Of a stretch of DNA of 64,000 nt, positions 31,926-40,735 are shown in pieces. The stretch's first letter is position 1. Every line of letters starts with the position of its first letter. A program made the position numbers and the translations under genes. Below the pieces are notes generated by a model, which saw only the letters and a list, made by a program, of their open reading frames with translations, did no database searches and had not been told where the DNA came from. The DNA comes from Pedosphaera sp. (GTDB lineage Bacteria > Verrucomicrobiota > Verrucomicrobiia > Limisphaerales > SIBH01), in assembly GCA_031414955.1 (NCBI GenBank), contig JANOQV010000210.1, forward strand, positions 1 to 64,000, given 5' to 3'.

Positions 31926-32516
31926 TTATGCTTCAGGGTTCAAAACCCCGTTAAATTTGTTCATGGCCTTGTCGATCCCCTCCGCCACCCAGCAGGCGGA
32001 TTGATCCGCCGCGCGCTGCAAAACTTTTTCCAGCAAAGGCGCTTCCTCGGGGCTAAACTTGCCCAGCACATGAACGGCGATTTCGCGCCGCCCATCCTTC
32101 CTTCCAATGCCCACTCTCAGCCGGGCAAACTCCCGCGATCCAAGATGCTGTTCAATCGACTCCAACCCATGATGGCCACCGCTGCTCCCCTGAGGGCGCA
32201 ATCGAATCCCGCCCAATGGCAAATCCGCGTCATCGGTCACTACCAGCAACCGGTTCAGCGGTACCCGATAAAAAATAACCAGCGCGCTGACCGCTTCCCC
32301 ACTCAAATTCATGAAGGTCTGCGGTTGAGCCAGCAAGACCTTTTGTCCGTCGCTTTCCAATTTCGATAGTCTCGAATCAAATCGCTTCTCCAAGCTCCAA
32401 CCTAACGAGGCCCGCCTGGCCAACTCCTCTAGCACGAGGAATCCTGCGTTATGGCGGGTCCGTGCATAGTCGCCGCCCGGATTGCCCAAACCCACGATGA
32501 GACACAAGCTCTCCAT
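31926..32516 (-). CDS. pth: Peptidyl-tRNA hydrolase
   Basis: IVGLGNPG, TRHNAGF, PQTFMNLSG, GGHHGL. Confidence 0.97.
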   Translation of the reverse strand: MESLCLIVGLGNPGGDYARTRHNAGFLVLEELARRASLGWSLEKRFDSRLSKLESDGQKVLLAQPQTFMNLSGEAVSALVIFYRVPLNRLLVVTDDADLPLGGIRLRPQGSSGGHHGLESIEQHLGSREFARLRVGIGRKDGRREIAVHVLGKFSPEEAPLLEKVLQRAADQSACWVAEGIDKAMNKFNGVLNPEA

Positions 32517-32584
32517 CCACGGGCAGCGATACTAGCGCATGCTGGAACAAGTCAACGCTCGGAATCCAGCGAAGCGCCATGCAT

Positions 32585-33316
32585 CTACTTTTTCTTCTCG
32601 TCCTTCTTGTCCCCGGCGGCCGCCTTGGCCGGCGCGGCTTTTCCTTCGCCCTTGGCACCCTCGGTACCGTCTTCCTTCTTCTCCTTGATCATCTCGACTT
32701 CGCCCGTGGCAGCACCAGCCTCGGTGGCTGCAGTCTCCTCGGCTTCCGTCACCGGTGCGGCGACAGAGAATACAACACCCTTCTTTTCACCCAGAAACTC
32801 CACCCCGGTCGGAGCGACGATCTCATTGAGATGAATCGACTTGCCGATCTCGAGTGCTGTTACGTCCACACGGATGACCTCGGGCAAATCCTTGGGCAAG
32901 GCGCGGCACTTGATCTTGAATACAACGTGCTCCAGAACGCCACCGCCCGTCTTAACGCCCGCAGCCTCACCGGCCGGCTCGATCGGGACCAGAATCGTAA
33001 CCTTTTCATCCTCGGCGACCTCATGGAGGTCGACATGAAGAATGTCACCCCTGAGCGCATGATGTTGCACATCCTGAATCAGGGCCAGGCGCTTGGAGCG
33101 AGCATCATTCGCGACCGCAAGATCTACGAGCACGTTTTCACTGGCCGAGTGGTGAATGAGATTCTCGATTTCAACCCGACTCAGCTCGAGGTTCTGCGGC
33201 TGAACCATCCGACCGTAGATCACGGCCGGCACGCGGCTGAACTGCTCACGCAGTTTTTTCACTTCGCCACGGCCGGTGGCCGTGCGCGGAAAGGCATTCA
33301 ATGGCACTGATTTCAT
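32585..33316 (-). CDS. rplY: 50S ribosomal protein L25/Ctc
   Basis: VPAVIYG, ILHVDL, GVKTGGGVL, LPKDLPE. Confidence 0.95.
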   Translation of the reverse strand: MKSVPLNAFPRTATGRGEVKKLREQFSRVPAVIYGRMVQPQNLELSRVEIENLIHHSASENVLVDLAVANDARSKRLALIQDVQHHALRGDILHVDLHEVAEDEKVTILVPIEPAGEAAGVKTGGGVLEHVVFKIKCRALPKDLPEVIRVDVTALEIGKSIHLNEIVAPTGVEFLGEKKGVVFSVAAPVTEAEETAATEAGAATGEVEMIKEKKEDGTEGAKGEGKAAPAKAAAGDKKDEKKK

Positions 33317-33340
33317 CTTAAATTATTCCTGGTTTGGCGA

Positions 33341-34285
33341 CTAGCTGGTACGCCCGCCCTTAAATTCAAAAAGCGAAGTCACCGACGAATTATTGTGAAT
33401 TCGTTTGATGGCTTCACCCAGCAACCCTGCCACCGACAGCGTCGTAATGTTCACACCGTCTATCGCAGGGCGGAGGACAGTATCAGTGGTGATTAGTTCG
33501 TCAATGTTCGATTTTTGCAATCGCTCCACGCCGGTATCATTGAGTAAAGCGTGGGAAACACAGGCTAAAACCTGCTTTGCTCCGCTCTTGCGCAGCAGCG
33601 CCGCCGCCTGGGTCAGCGTGCCCGCCGTCTCGGTCAGATCATCCACCAATAAAATATTCCGCCCATCGATTTCGCCGATGATGCCGAGCGATTCGACTTC
33701 GATCGCACTTTTGCGGCGCTTGGCTACGATGGCTAATTCCATGTCCAGAGCCTGCGAATAGGCATAAGCCATCTTCAACCCGCCCACGTCCGGGCTGACC
33801 ACGATGAAGTTTTTAAGGTCCTTTTTCTTGAGATACTCGTAGATGACCGGAGCGGCATAGAGGTGATCCACCGGGATGTCGAAGAAGCCCTGAATCTGCT
33901 GGGCGTGCAAGTCCATGGTCAGCACGCGGTTCGCGCCGGCGGTCACCAGCAAGTTGGCCACAAGCTTGGCGGTGATCGGAACGCGTGGCTGATCCTTGCG
34001 ATCCTGGCGGGCGTAACCGTAAAAAGGAATCACGGCCGTGATGCGCGCCGCACTGGCCCGCCGCAACGCATCAATCATGATGAACATCTCCATCAGATTA
34101 TGGTTCGTGGGCGGACAGGTGGACTGCACTAAGAACACATCCTCGCCGCGCACGTTTTCCTCAATGCGCACAAAGGTTTCCCCATCGGGAAATGCGCTCA
34201 CCGTAGAAAGCCCCACCTCGAGGCCGATGTTCTTGGCGATGGCATCAGCGAGGATGCGATTGGACGTGCCGCTAAAAATTTTCAC
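33341..34285 (-). CDS. prs: Ribose-phosphate pyrophosphokinase
   Basis: FPDGET, PFYGYARQDRK, DLHAQQIQGFF, VSPDVGG, VDDLTETAGT. GTG start at 34285. Confidence 0.97.
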   Translation of the reverse strand: MKIFSGTSNRILADAIAKNIGLEVGLSTVSAFPDGETFVRIEENVRGEDVFLVQSTCPPTNHNLMEMFIMIDALRRASAARITAVIPFYGYARQDRKDQPRVPITAKLVANLLVTAGANRVLTMDLHAQQIQGFFDIPVDHLYAAPVIYEYLKKKDLKNFIVVSPDVGGLKMAYAYSQALDMELAIVAKRRKSAIEVESLGIIGEIDGRNILLVDDLTETAGTLTQAAALLRKSGAKQVLACVSHALLNDTGVERLQKSNIDELITTDTVLRPAIDGVNITTLSVAGLLGEAIKRIHNNSSVTSLFEFKGGRTS

Positions 34286-34494
34286 AGGTAAATATCCGGG
34301 AAAACAAAACGCCACCGCTCCGGTGGCGGGCAGGACTCTAGGCAGCGCGACTCCAGGCGCAAGCGCAATTTGCGGCTGTCTCGTGAGGATCTCCAAAGCC
34401 GGGTTGAATCAGGACCGTTCTTCGTCGCAACGGCTCGCCGATGACAGCCAGTTGTGCTCGATGGCACTCCTTGAAAACTATATTGAGAATTCCG

Positions 34495-34522
34495 TTGACA
34501 CTGATCCCGCTAGATTTAGCCT
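34495..34522 (+). promoter_or_regulatory. Sigma70-type promoter with no ORF immediately downstream
   Basis: TTGACA (34495-34500)-N16-TAGCCT (34517-34522). Confidence 0.55.
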
Positions 34523-34528
34523 GACTCC

Positions 34529-34680
34529 CAGTTCCCGTTGTTAGGTTAAATGCGTGCCAGAACGCTGCGTCGGCGGAGCAGCAATCTGTAAAACGGGACG
34601 AGGCCGGAACTCCAATTCCGAGCCGCCATTGCTCCCTTGAGCGGTGCCCGCCAACAGTCTAATTCACCCGCGCCTTTTTG
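34529..34680 (+). ncRNA. Candidate structured RNA of about 150 nt, family unassigned
   Basis: Follows the promoter. Hairpin TCCCGTT...AACGGGA with inner TAGGTT/AATCTG and CGCTG/CGGCG pairs; hairpin GGCCGGAA/TTCCGAGCC; hairpin CATTGCTC/GAGCGGTG; ends in CTTTTTG. Confidence 0.4.
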
Positions 34681-34794
34681 TACTCCTACACGGCTCCCTT
34701 GTGCCCGGGTTTCAGATCAAAACAGACCAATCGCTCACATTTTGAAATTGAGACAGACAGTTGAAATAGGAACCGCCCGGGTTCGCGCTCTCCC

Positions 34795-35165
34795 CTGGCG
34801 GAGTCGAACTCCCGCACCGAATTTGGTTTCGGCTGGATCGGTAATCGTTTTTTTCGCCGAAATTTTGTCCGGGAGCATCCCGCGCTGGAAAATCGTCCCG
34901 AAAAAGCCCCAAGGGCCGCTCCCGGTTCCATTTTTGGTCCAAGAACCTGGTGCAGATTGCTCCCCGGTCCCTTGCGGCTTCCCGCCGGGGCGAATCCATG
35001 CTCGTCCGTCAAATATCGCGCCCAAAAGCTGGCCGGGGATGCTCCCCAGCCCGATCTCATCCCAAAAACTACGCGGGGAATGCCCCTCGCCAAGTTTTCG
35101 GAGCGAAAAACTCGTGGTTTTTCCTCCCACCCGACTTTTAACCCAGAAGGAGCGTGCCTGATGCC
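34795..35165. repeat. Degenerate tandem array of about nine 41-bp units
   Basis: GCTC/CCTC-type motif at 34918, 34959, 35000, 35041, 35082, 35123, 35164. CC(C/G)AAAA block at unit positions about 21-29. Ungapped hand count: 24/41 for units 35000 vs 35041, 22/41 for 34918 vs 35041. Confidence 0.7.
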
Positions 35166-36180
35166 TCCAAACTGGGACCAGCCGGGCCTGACCTGGGACA
35201 GTCCGGGACTCTTTTGGGATTCCGTAGATAACCAAGAACCACATGCACAAAAAGGACGTATGGCACATAATGCACTCCCCAATGGCGAAGATGATTTAAT
35301 CTCCCTCGCCGAAGACTGTATCGACGGCGCCCACCAGCTCCAGGACGCCGTGGGCCTCAAACAAAACCGCGAACCGGAACTCCAGGACGACCTCGACGAA
35401 TTCGTGCTCAAGAAAGGACTCTGGAACGCCGCTGACGGCCAGAGAAACGCCAAAGAAACCGGCGTGCGCACCGCCCGCTCCAACGCCCGAGCCACCCTCA
35501 CCCTCGCGCGCGACAACTTCAAACCCGTGTTCGGAGGCAAAGCCAGCAGCGCCTGGACCGCCGCCGGCTGGCCCGACGACTCCATCGCCGTGCCCAGCAC
35601 CAGCGACAAACTCCTGCCCCTCCTGCTGGCCGTGAAACAATACCTGACCGACAACCCGGCCCAGGAAGTCCCGAACAAAGGCGTCACCGCCGCGAACACC
35701 ACCGCCCTGCACACCGCCCTGAGCACCGCTGTCTCCGCCCGCAACACCCACAAGACCACCCTGGGCCAGTGCCTGGGCCACCGCGACCAGTGTGAGAAGA
35801 AGCTCCGCACCCGCCTGCGCGGCCTCGTGACCGAACTCGAGCAACTGCTCGACCCGCTCGACCCGCGCTGGCTCACCTTCGGACTGAACCGCCCCGGCGC
35901 CGTGGACGCCCCCGACGCGGTGGAAGACACCCAGGCCACGCTGCTCGGCGGGGGCAAAGTGCGCGTGCAGTGCGCCCGCGCCCCGCGCGCCGACTATTAC
36001 CAGATCTATATCCTGGTGGTGGGCGTGGACGCGGACTTCCACCTCGCCAGTTCCAAGACCGATCACGACGTGATCCTGGAAGGGCTGCCCGTGGGCGCGA
36101 CCGTGCAGATCAAAATGCGCGCCGTGAACGAGGCCAACCCCGGGCCGTTCGGAGAGCAGATCAGCGTCATCATTTCCTAA
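35161..36180 (+). CDS. Cytoplasmic alpha-helical + C-terminal fibronectin type III domain protein with a W-D-repeat leader
   Basis: AAGGAG SD 8 nt before ATG 35161 (alternative ATG 35260). NWDQPGLTWDSPGLFWDS leader, helical region ending DPRWLTFGLNRPG, FN3-like C-terminus (ADYYQI...LEGLPVGATVQIKMRAVNEA.PGP). No signal peptide. Confidence 0.85.
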   Translation: MPPNWDQPGLTWDSPGLFWDSVDNQEPHAQKGRMAHNALPNGEDDLISLAEDCIDGAHQLQDAVGLKQNREPELQDDLDEFVLKKGLWNAADGQRNAKETGVRTARSNARATLTLARDNFKPVFGGKASSAWTAAGWPDDSIAVPSTSDKLLPLLLAVKQYLTDNPAQEVPNKGVTAANTTALHTALSTAVSARNTHKTTLGQCLGHRDQCEKKLRTRLRGLVTELEQLLDPLDPRWLTFGLNRPGAVDAPDAVEDTQATLLGGGKVRVQCARAPRADYYQIYILVVGVDADFHLASSKTDHDVILEGLPVGATVQIKMRAVNEANPGPFGEQISVIIS

Positions 36181-36203
36181 ACCAAGAACCCAAAACTAAA
36201 CTT

Positions 36204-37160
36204 ATGCGTTACAAAATAGTCCCACTCCTACTCTTCGCGGGAACTATCGCCAGCGCGGCGGATGGCGACGTGTTCAAAGAACTGAACAAGCAGGAAAGCG
36301 AACTCAAGGCCAAAAAGGCGGCCGCCATTCACGCCATCGTGGTGGAAGTGATGGGCGGAAAGGACATCTCCTCGGCCAAGGAGTTTCAGGAGTACCGAGC
36401 CAAGGTGGACAAGCAGGTGGAAAAGACCTCGGGCCTGTCGCTCTCGGCTCATCCCGAGATGTCCCGCATGGTGGACCACGAACTCGGGCAAATGTGGCAG
36501 GCCCTCAAGTCGAATTGGGATGCGACCGTGAATCTGCCCAGTTCAAGTGGAGTAACTGGCGGTGACGCGAGTGCGGGAGCGGCGGTAGCACCTAAAGCGC
36601 CGGCCAAGACCAAAGAGGGCGACTCAACAGATCCAAGCCCGAAGCCCAACACGAACGATTGGACGGGACGATTCGGGGCCGGCTTGGGCATGACCTTCGA
36701 CTTGGGAAAACATGTGCGCGTGAAATCGGCCCACCTCGAAACAAGGACTGCATCTGCTGCTGCTGGTGGCAACTACAAACAGGTGGTGGTGGATGAAGAT
36801 GGTGATGTCTTCGCGCGGCCCATCATCGAAGCGCATCATTACTTCACGCCGGATTGGTTTGGGACAAACTTGATGGGCAAGTGGGGACACGGGCCGTTTA
36901 TCATCGCGGCCCTGGGCGGAGACAACATCATCAGTGCGGCCGGCGCGGGCTACATGGTAGGTTTTCGGCGCAAGACTGTGGCCGGTGACTATCTGCCCGA
37001 ACATTTCAACATCGGTGTCGCCTATACGGTGGACTTTGGCGTGAAAGTGTTGGCGGACGGATACGAGACCGATCAGCGTCTCCCGGTCGCCACCACCGAA
37101 GTCAAATTCCGCAACACCCACCAGGAAGGCATTTCCTTCGTCTTTTCCATCGGATGGTAA
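36204..37160 (+). CDS. Secreted protein, putative outer-membrane beta-barrel C-terminal domain
   Basis: Signal peptide MRYKIVPLLLFAGTIASAA, helical segment, low-complexity linker, amphipathic beta-strands ending ISFVFSIGW. Confidence 0.7.
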   Translation: MRYKIVPLLLFAGTIASAADGDVFKELNKQESELKAKKAAAIHAIVVEVMGGKDISSAKEFQEYRAKVDKQVEKTSGLSLSAHPEMSRMVDHELGQMWQALKSNWDATVNLPSSSGVTGGDASAGAAVAPKAPAKTKEGDSTDPSPKPNTNDWTGRFGAGLGMTFDLGKHVRVKSAHLETRTASAAAGGNYKQVVVDEDGDVFARPIIEAHHYFTPDWFGTNLMGKWGHGPFIIAALGGDNIISAAGAGYMVGFRRKTVAGDYLPEHFNIGVAYTVDFGVKVLADGYETDQRLPVATTEVKFRNTHQEGISFVFSIGW

Positions 37161-37261
37161 GCCGTGCCGCCAAGAAATATGAACGCACCAGCCCCGCGCT
37201 CTTCCACCCCAAATGGGATGAGTGGCGAGATGCGCACTGGTACCGAATACCAATTCATAAC

Positions 37262-38806
37262 ATGAAACCAAAAACTACTCTGTTACTACCGCTCTTGGCC
37301 CTGCTCCTGGTCGGTGGCTGCGCCACCCAGTCACCCGAGGTCATCTGGAAAAACGCGCAGTTCGGCCCGACGCCCTGCCAGAAACCGGAACACGAACATG
37401 CCGCAGCGAGCTGGAAAACCACGAACCTGCTCGCGGTCGAGTTCGATCTGCAAAAATATCGCTCGGTCCAGTTGCGGCCGGGACAGGATTCGGATTTGGC
37501 CCTGGCCGTGGCCATCTCGGGCGGGGGCGAGCGGGCCGGCAACGTGGGTCTGGGGGCCATGCTGCAATTGGAGCGGCTCAGTCTGCACCACACCAACAAC
37601 TTGCTGCGCGAGGTGGATTATTTTTCCACGGTCTCGGGCGGCGGCCTGCCGGTGGCAGGTTATCTCTCGGGGCTGCTCTCGCTGCAGGCCACGGGCGGGA
37701 TGACGGGCGGGTTTCTTTACTCCAACTTCCTCTACGGGAGTTGTTCCCCCAGCCGGTGTCGCGAGTGCGCTTTCAACAAACAGGAATACCACGGCGAGGG
37801 CTGCCGGTTTGAATCGATGCGGGCGAACTACCATTGGACGCTCTTGGGCGGTCTGTTTCATCCCCGCACGCTGCTGACGAGTTATGATCGCGGGGATGTG
37901 CTGGAACGTAAATGGGACACCCGGCTGCTCGGAGTGCGGTGGCCAGGCCAGGATTCGTTTACCTTGGGGGATGTGTTCGTGCCGAGGCTGGCGGCGCCTT
38001 GGCCGCGGGTGCCGTATTGGATTGCCAACGCCACGGTGCTGGAGAATGGAGCCATCTTTCCTTTCACCCCGGACGTGGTGGAGCGTTACGCCGTGTCCCA
38101 GTTTAATCATCGGATGCAGAGCCGCGCGCTCGCTTGTCCCTACGATCTGCCGCTGGCCGTGGGGCTGAAGACGAGCGCGAGCTTTCCCGCCGCGATTCCG
38201 GCCACGAGTTTGAAACTGACCAATGACGTGCAGCCCGCGTACCTCCAACTGTCCGACGGTGGGCTGTCCGACAATCTGGGCGTGTGGACGGCGATGAAGA
38301 TGCTGCGGGACGATACCAACGCGACGCGCAAGGTGCTGATCGTGATTGATGCCTACACGGGGCATGGCCTGCCCATGGATGGTTCGGTCCATTCTCCGAC
38401 CATGGGGAAAGTTGCGGCGCGCACGATGGGCATCTCGCTGGACTCATGGCGGGGCCGGTATCGCGAGGTCGTGGAGACTCTCTGCGCGCAAGCCGGGATT
38501 GAGCCGGTGTTTCTGAGCTTTGATCACCTGGATTCTCATGGCGCGGAGCTGGAAGAAGGAAAATGCGCGGGCTTGATCAACCCGCTGGCCGCGCGGCGGC
38601 AGCCTCTCCAAACCAAAGTCCAGGGGCCACGGAAAAGGCAAGGCGAGTGGTTTAAGGCGCAATTGATCAAGATACGGGCGGCGGCCCGGGCCACGCCCAC
38701 CTCGTTGAGTCTTTCCCCGGAGGAGCAGGATGTGCTGGTCACCGCGGGCAAGCTCATCATCTGCCTCCATCAAGACGACATCCTCCAGAAGTTGAAGAAG
38801 CCGTAA
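37262..38806 (+). CDS. Patatin-like phospholipase, lipoprotein
   Basis: LVGGC lipobox, AISGGGERAG oxyanion loop, STVSGGG catalytic Ser, SASFP, DGGLSDN. Confidence 0.88.
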   Translation: MKPKTTLLLPLLALLLVGGCATQSPEVIWKNAQFGPTPCQKPEHEHAAASWKTTNLLAVEFDLQKYRSVQLRPGQDSDLALAVAISGGGERAGNVGLGAMLQLERLSLHHTNNLLREVDYFSTVSGGGLPVAGYLSGLLSLQATGGMTGGFLYSNFLYGSCSPSRCRECAFNKQEYHGEGCRFESMRANYHWTLLGGLFHPRTLLTSYDRGDVLERKWDTRLLGVRWPGQDSFTLGDVFVPRLAAPWPRVPYWIANATVLENGAIFPFTPDVVERYAVSQFNHRMQSRALACPYDLPLAVGLKTSASFPAAIPATSLKLTNDVQPAYLQLSDGGLSDNLGVWTAMKMLRDDTNATRKVLIVIDAYTGHGLPMDGSVHSPTMGKVAARTMGISLDSWRGRYREVVETLCAQAGIEPVFLSFDHLDSHGAELEEGKCAGLINPLAARRQPLQTKVQGPRKRQGEWFKAQLIKIRAAARATPTSLSLSPEEQDVLVTAGKLIICLHQDDILQKLKKP

Positions 38807-38912
38807 GGGTGCTCGACCGACGGGTCGTTGGCACGCCGACGGGGCCGGGCGCAGCAAAATTTCCTGGCCGCTGCGGGCTGGCGCGGGGTGGGCCAAGTGT
38901 TACGGTCGGCGC

Positions 38913-39881
38913 ATGGCCAGTTTGCTTTCAGGGTTGCTCGGGTTGCTCGTGGCGACGAATCAATCGTCGGCCGCGAGCAATCTGGTTTACGAAAAGACCG
39001 GCGCGCGGCTGGAGGTGTCCGACCCGAACGATCCGGTGGAGCGCGATTACCAGCGCGTGCTGGCCCTGGATGACGCGGCGCAGACGGAAGTGGAACGCTG
39101 GCTGGCGGATGATGAAAAATTGAACGCGGCCGGGGCGGGGTTGTCGGGCGCGAGCTTGCGCGCGCGCATCCGGCAACGTCTCGAACCGGTGGAGCAGGAG
39201 TATCGGGCCTTCCTCACGCGCCAGCCCAAACATGCCCGGGGCCGCATCGCCTTCGGCAGTTTCCTGGGCGAGATCGGCCGCGAGGACGAGGCGGCGGAGC
39301 AGTATTTGCAGGCGCGGGAAATCGATCCGAAGAACACGGCGGCGTGGAACAACCTGGCCAATTACTACGGGCACAACGGACCGGCCACCAACGCCTTCGC
39401 CTGCTACGAGAAAGCCATCGAGTTAAATCCCAAGGAGCCGATCTACTTCCAGAATTTTGCCACCACGGTGTATTTGTTCCGCCAGGATGCGACGAATTAT
39501 TTCCGCATCCCCGAGCAGCAGGTCTTCGACAAGGCGATGCACCTGTATCGCCAGGCTCTCGCCCTGGACCCGGAGAATTTTCCCATCGCGACGGATCTGG
39601 CGCAGACTTACTACGGCATCGAGCCACCGCGGGTGAAGGACGCCTTCGCCGCGTGGCACGCCGCCATGAAGCTGGCGCGCAACGCTGAGGAGCGTGACGG
39701 GGTGCGCATTCACCTGGCGCGCTGGCATCGCACGGCGGGGGATTTCGAGGCGGTGCGGCGGGAACTCGAACCGGTGACGAATGTGGTGTTTCGGGTGGCG
39801 AAGGAACGCATCTTGAAGAGTCTGGAACCGGTGGCCGGCCCCCAGGCCGCGCCGGCCGGACCCACGACCCAGCAGCCCTGA
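38913..39881 (+). CDS. Tetratricopeptide repeat protein
   Basis: TPR-like helices (AWNNLANYY, YEKAIELNP, YRQALALDP) and a signal-like N-terminus. Confidence 0.85.
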   Translation: MASLLSGLLGLLVATNQSSAASNLVYEKTGARLEVSDPNDPVERDYQRVLALDDAAQTEVERWLADDEKLNAAGAGLSGASLRARIRQRLEPVEQEYRAFLTRQPKHARGRIAFGSFLGEIGREDEAAEQYLQAREIDPKNTAAWNNLANYYGHNGPATNAFACYEKAIELNPKEPIYFQNFATTVYLFRQDATNYFRIPEQQVFDKAMHLYRQALALDPENFPIATDLAQTYYGIEPPRVKDAFAAWHAAMKLARNAEERDGVRIHLARWHRTAGDFEAVRRELEPVTNVVFRVAKERILKSLEPVAGPQAAPAGPTTQQP

Positions 39882-39910
39882 TTGACACCGCCCAAGCCGC
39901 CGCCTATAAG
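39882..39910 (+). promoter_or_regulatory. Sigma70-type promoter of the peroxiredoxin gene
   Basis: TTGACA-N17-TATAAG. Confidence 0.6.
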
Positions 39911-39946
39911 CCTGCCCGCAAGTTTAACAATCAACCAAACAATACT

Positions 39947-40423
39947 ATGGCAATTGCAGTCGGCACCAAAGCTCCAGATTTCTCGCTCAAATCCAAGTCG
40001 CCTGCGGACGCGGACGTGAAGTTGAGCAACAATTTCGGCCAGAAGAACACGGTGGTGCTCTTCTTCCCGCTCGCCTTCACCGGCGTCTGCACCACCGAGA
40101 TGTGCGACGTGACGGCCGGGTTGGGCGCGTATCAGCAACTCAACGCCGATGTCATCGCCATCAGCGTGGACAGCCCGTTCGCGCAGGCGGCGTGGGCCGC
40201 GAAGGAAAAGATCGGCATCACCCTGGCCAGTGATCTGAACAAGGAAGTGACCAAGCAGTATGACGTCTTGTTCCCGATGCTCGCCGGCGTGGGCGACACC
40301 TCGGCGCGCGCGGCCTTCGTCATCGACAAGAGCGGCGTGGTGCAATACAGCGAGCAGACTCCGACCCCGAAGGATCTGCCCAACTTCAACGCGATCAAGG
40401 AAGTCCTCGGCCGGTTGCAGTAG
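39947..40423 (+). CDS. Peroxiredoxin (AhpC/TSA, AhpE-like)
   Basis: GTKAPDFSL, FFPLAFTGVCTTEMC, ISVDSPF, RAAFVIDK. Confidence 0.93.
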   Translation: MAIAVGTKAPDFSLKSKSPADADVKLSNNFGQKNTVVLFFPLAFTGVCTTEMCDVTAGLGAYQQLNADVIAISVDSPFAQAAWAAKEKIGITLASDLNKEVTKQYDVLFPMLAGVGDTSARAAFVIDKSGVVQYSEQTPTPKDLPNFNAIKEVLGRLQ

Positions 40424-40429
40424 TTCATC

Positions 40430-40735
40430 ATGGCCGCGCGCTTCTGGTTCGGCCTGCGTTCTCTATCCGTCGCGCTCCTGCTGGCAGGATGCGCGACGGA
40501 TTTTTCATCGGCACCACCGGCCCACGCGGATCTGGGCCTTTCCGCCCGGCAAATCACCGCCCGCTACGGGAAGCCCGGGAACATCCGCGCCCTGACGGGC
40601 GGCGGTGAGTTGTGGGTTTACAATCTGGACAAGGGCGAGAAGATCATCCCCTGGACCAAGGCCTACCAGCCGCGCCTGCGCCGGGTGGAGTTTGATTCCG
40701 GGGGCCGGGTGAAAAGTTCCTCCATGGAACCGTAG
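40430..40735 (+). CDS. Small lipoprotein (SmpA/BamE-like fold possible)
   Basis: LLAGC lipobox; LGLS..QI..RYGKP...WVY...VEFD..GRV. Confidence 0.65.
   Translation: MAARFWFGLRSLSVALLLAGCATDFSSAPPAHADLGLSARQITARYGKPGNIRALTGGGELWVYNLDKGEKIIPWTKAYQPRLRRVEFDSGGRVKSSSMEP

Noticed and set aside
34286..34500. tRNA-Gln often found upstream of prs
   Set aside because: No cloverleaf or TTCGA T-loop could be found on either strand.
34540..34665. Cobalamin riboswitch (AAAACGGGA...GCGGTGCCCGCCAAC resemblance)
   Set aside because: The GGTGNAA T-loop and the B12 box are missing, and no B12-related gene lies downstream.
34795..35165. CRISPR array interpretation of the 41-bp periodic region
   Set aside because: No identical repeats of 23 bp or more, a period too short for repeat plus spacer, and no cas genes in the window.
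34637..35957. Overlapping ORFs across the array (34637-35161 plus, 34686-35957 minus, 34735-35268 minus, and the 34957 extension of the FN3 gene)
   Set aside because: Atypical composition and no motifs; the SD supports a start at 35161 or later.
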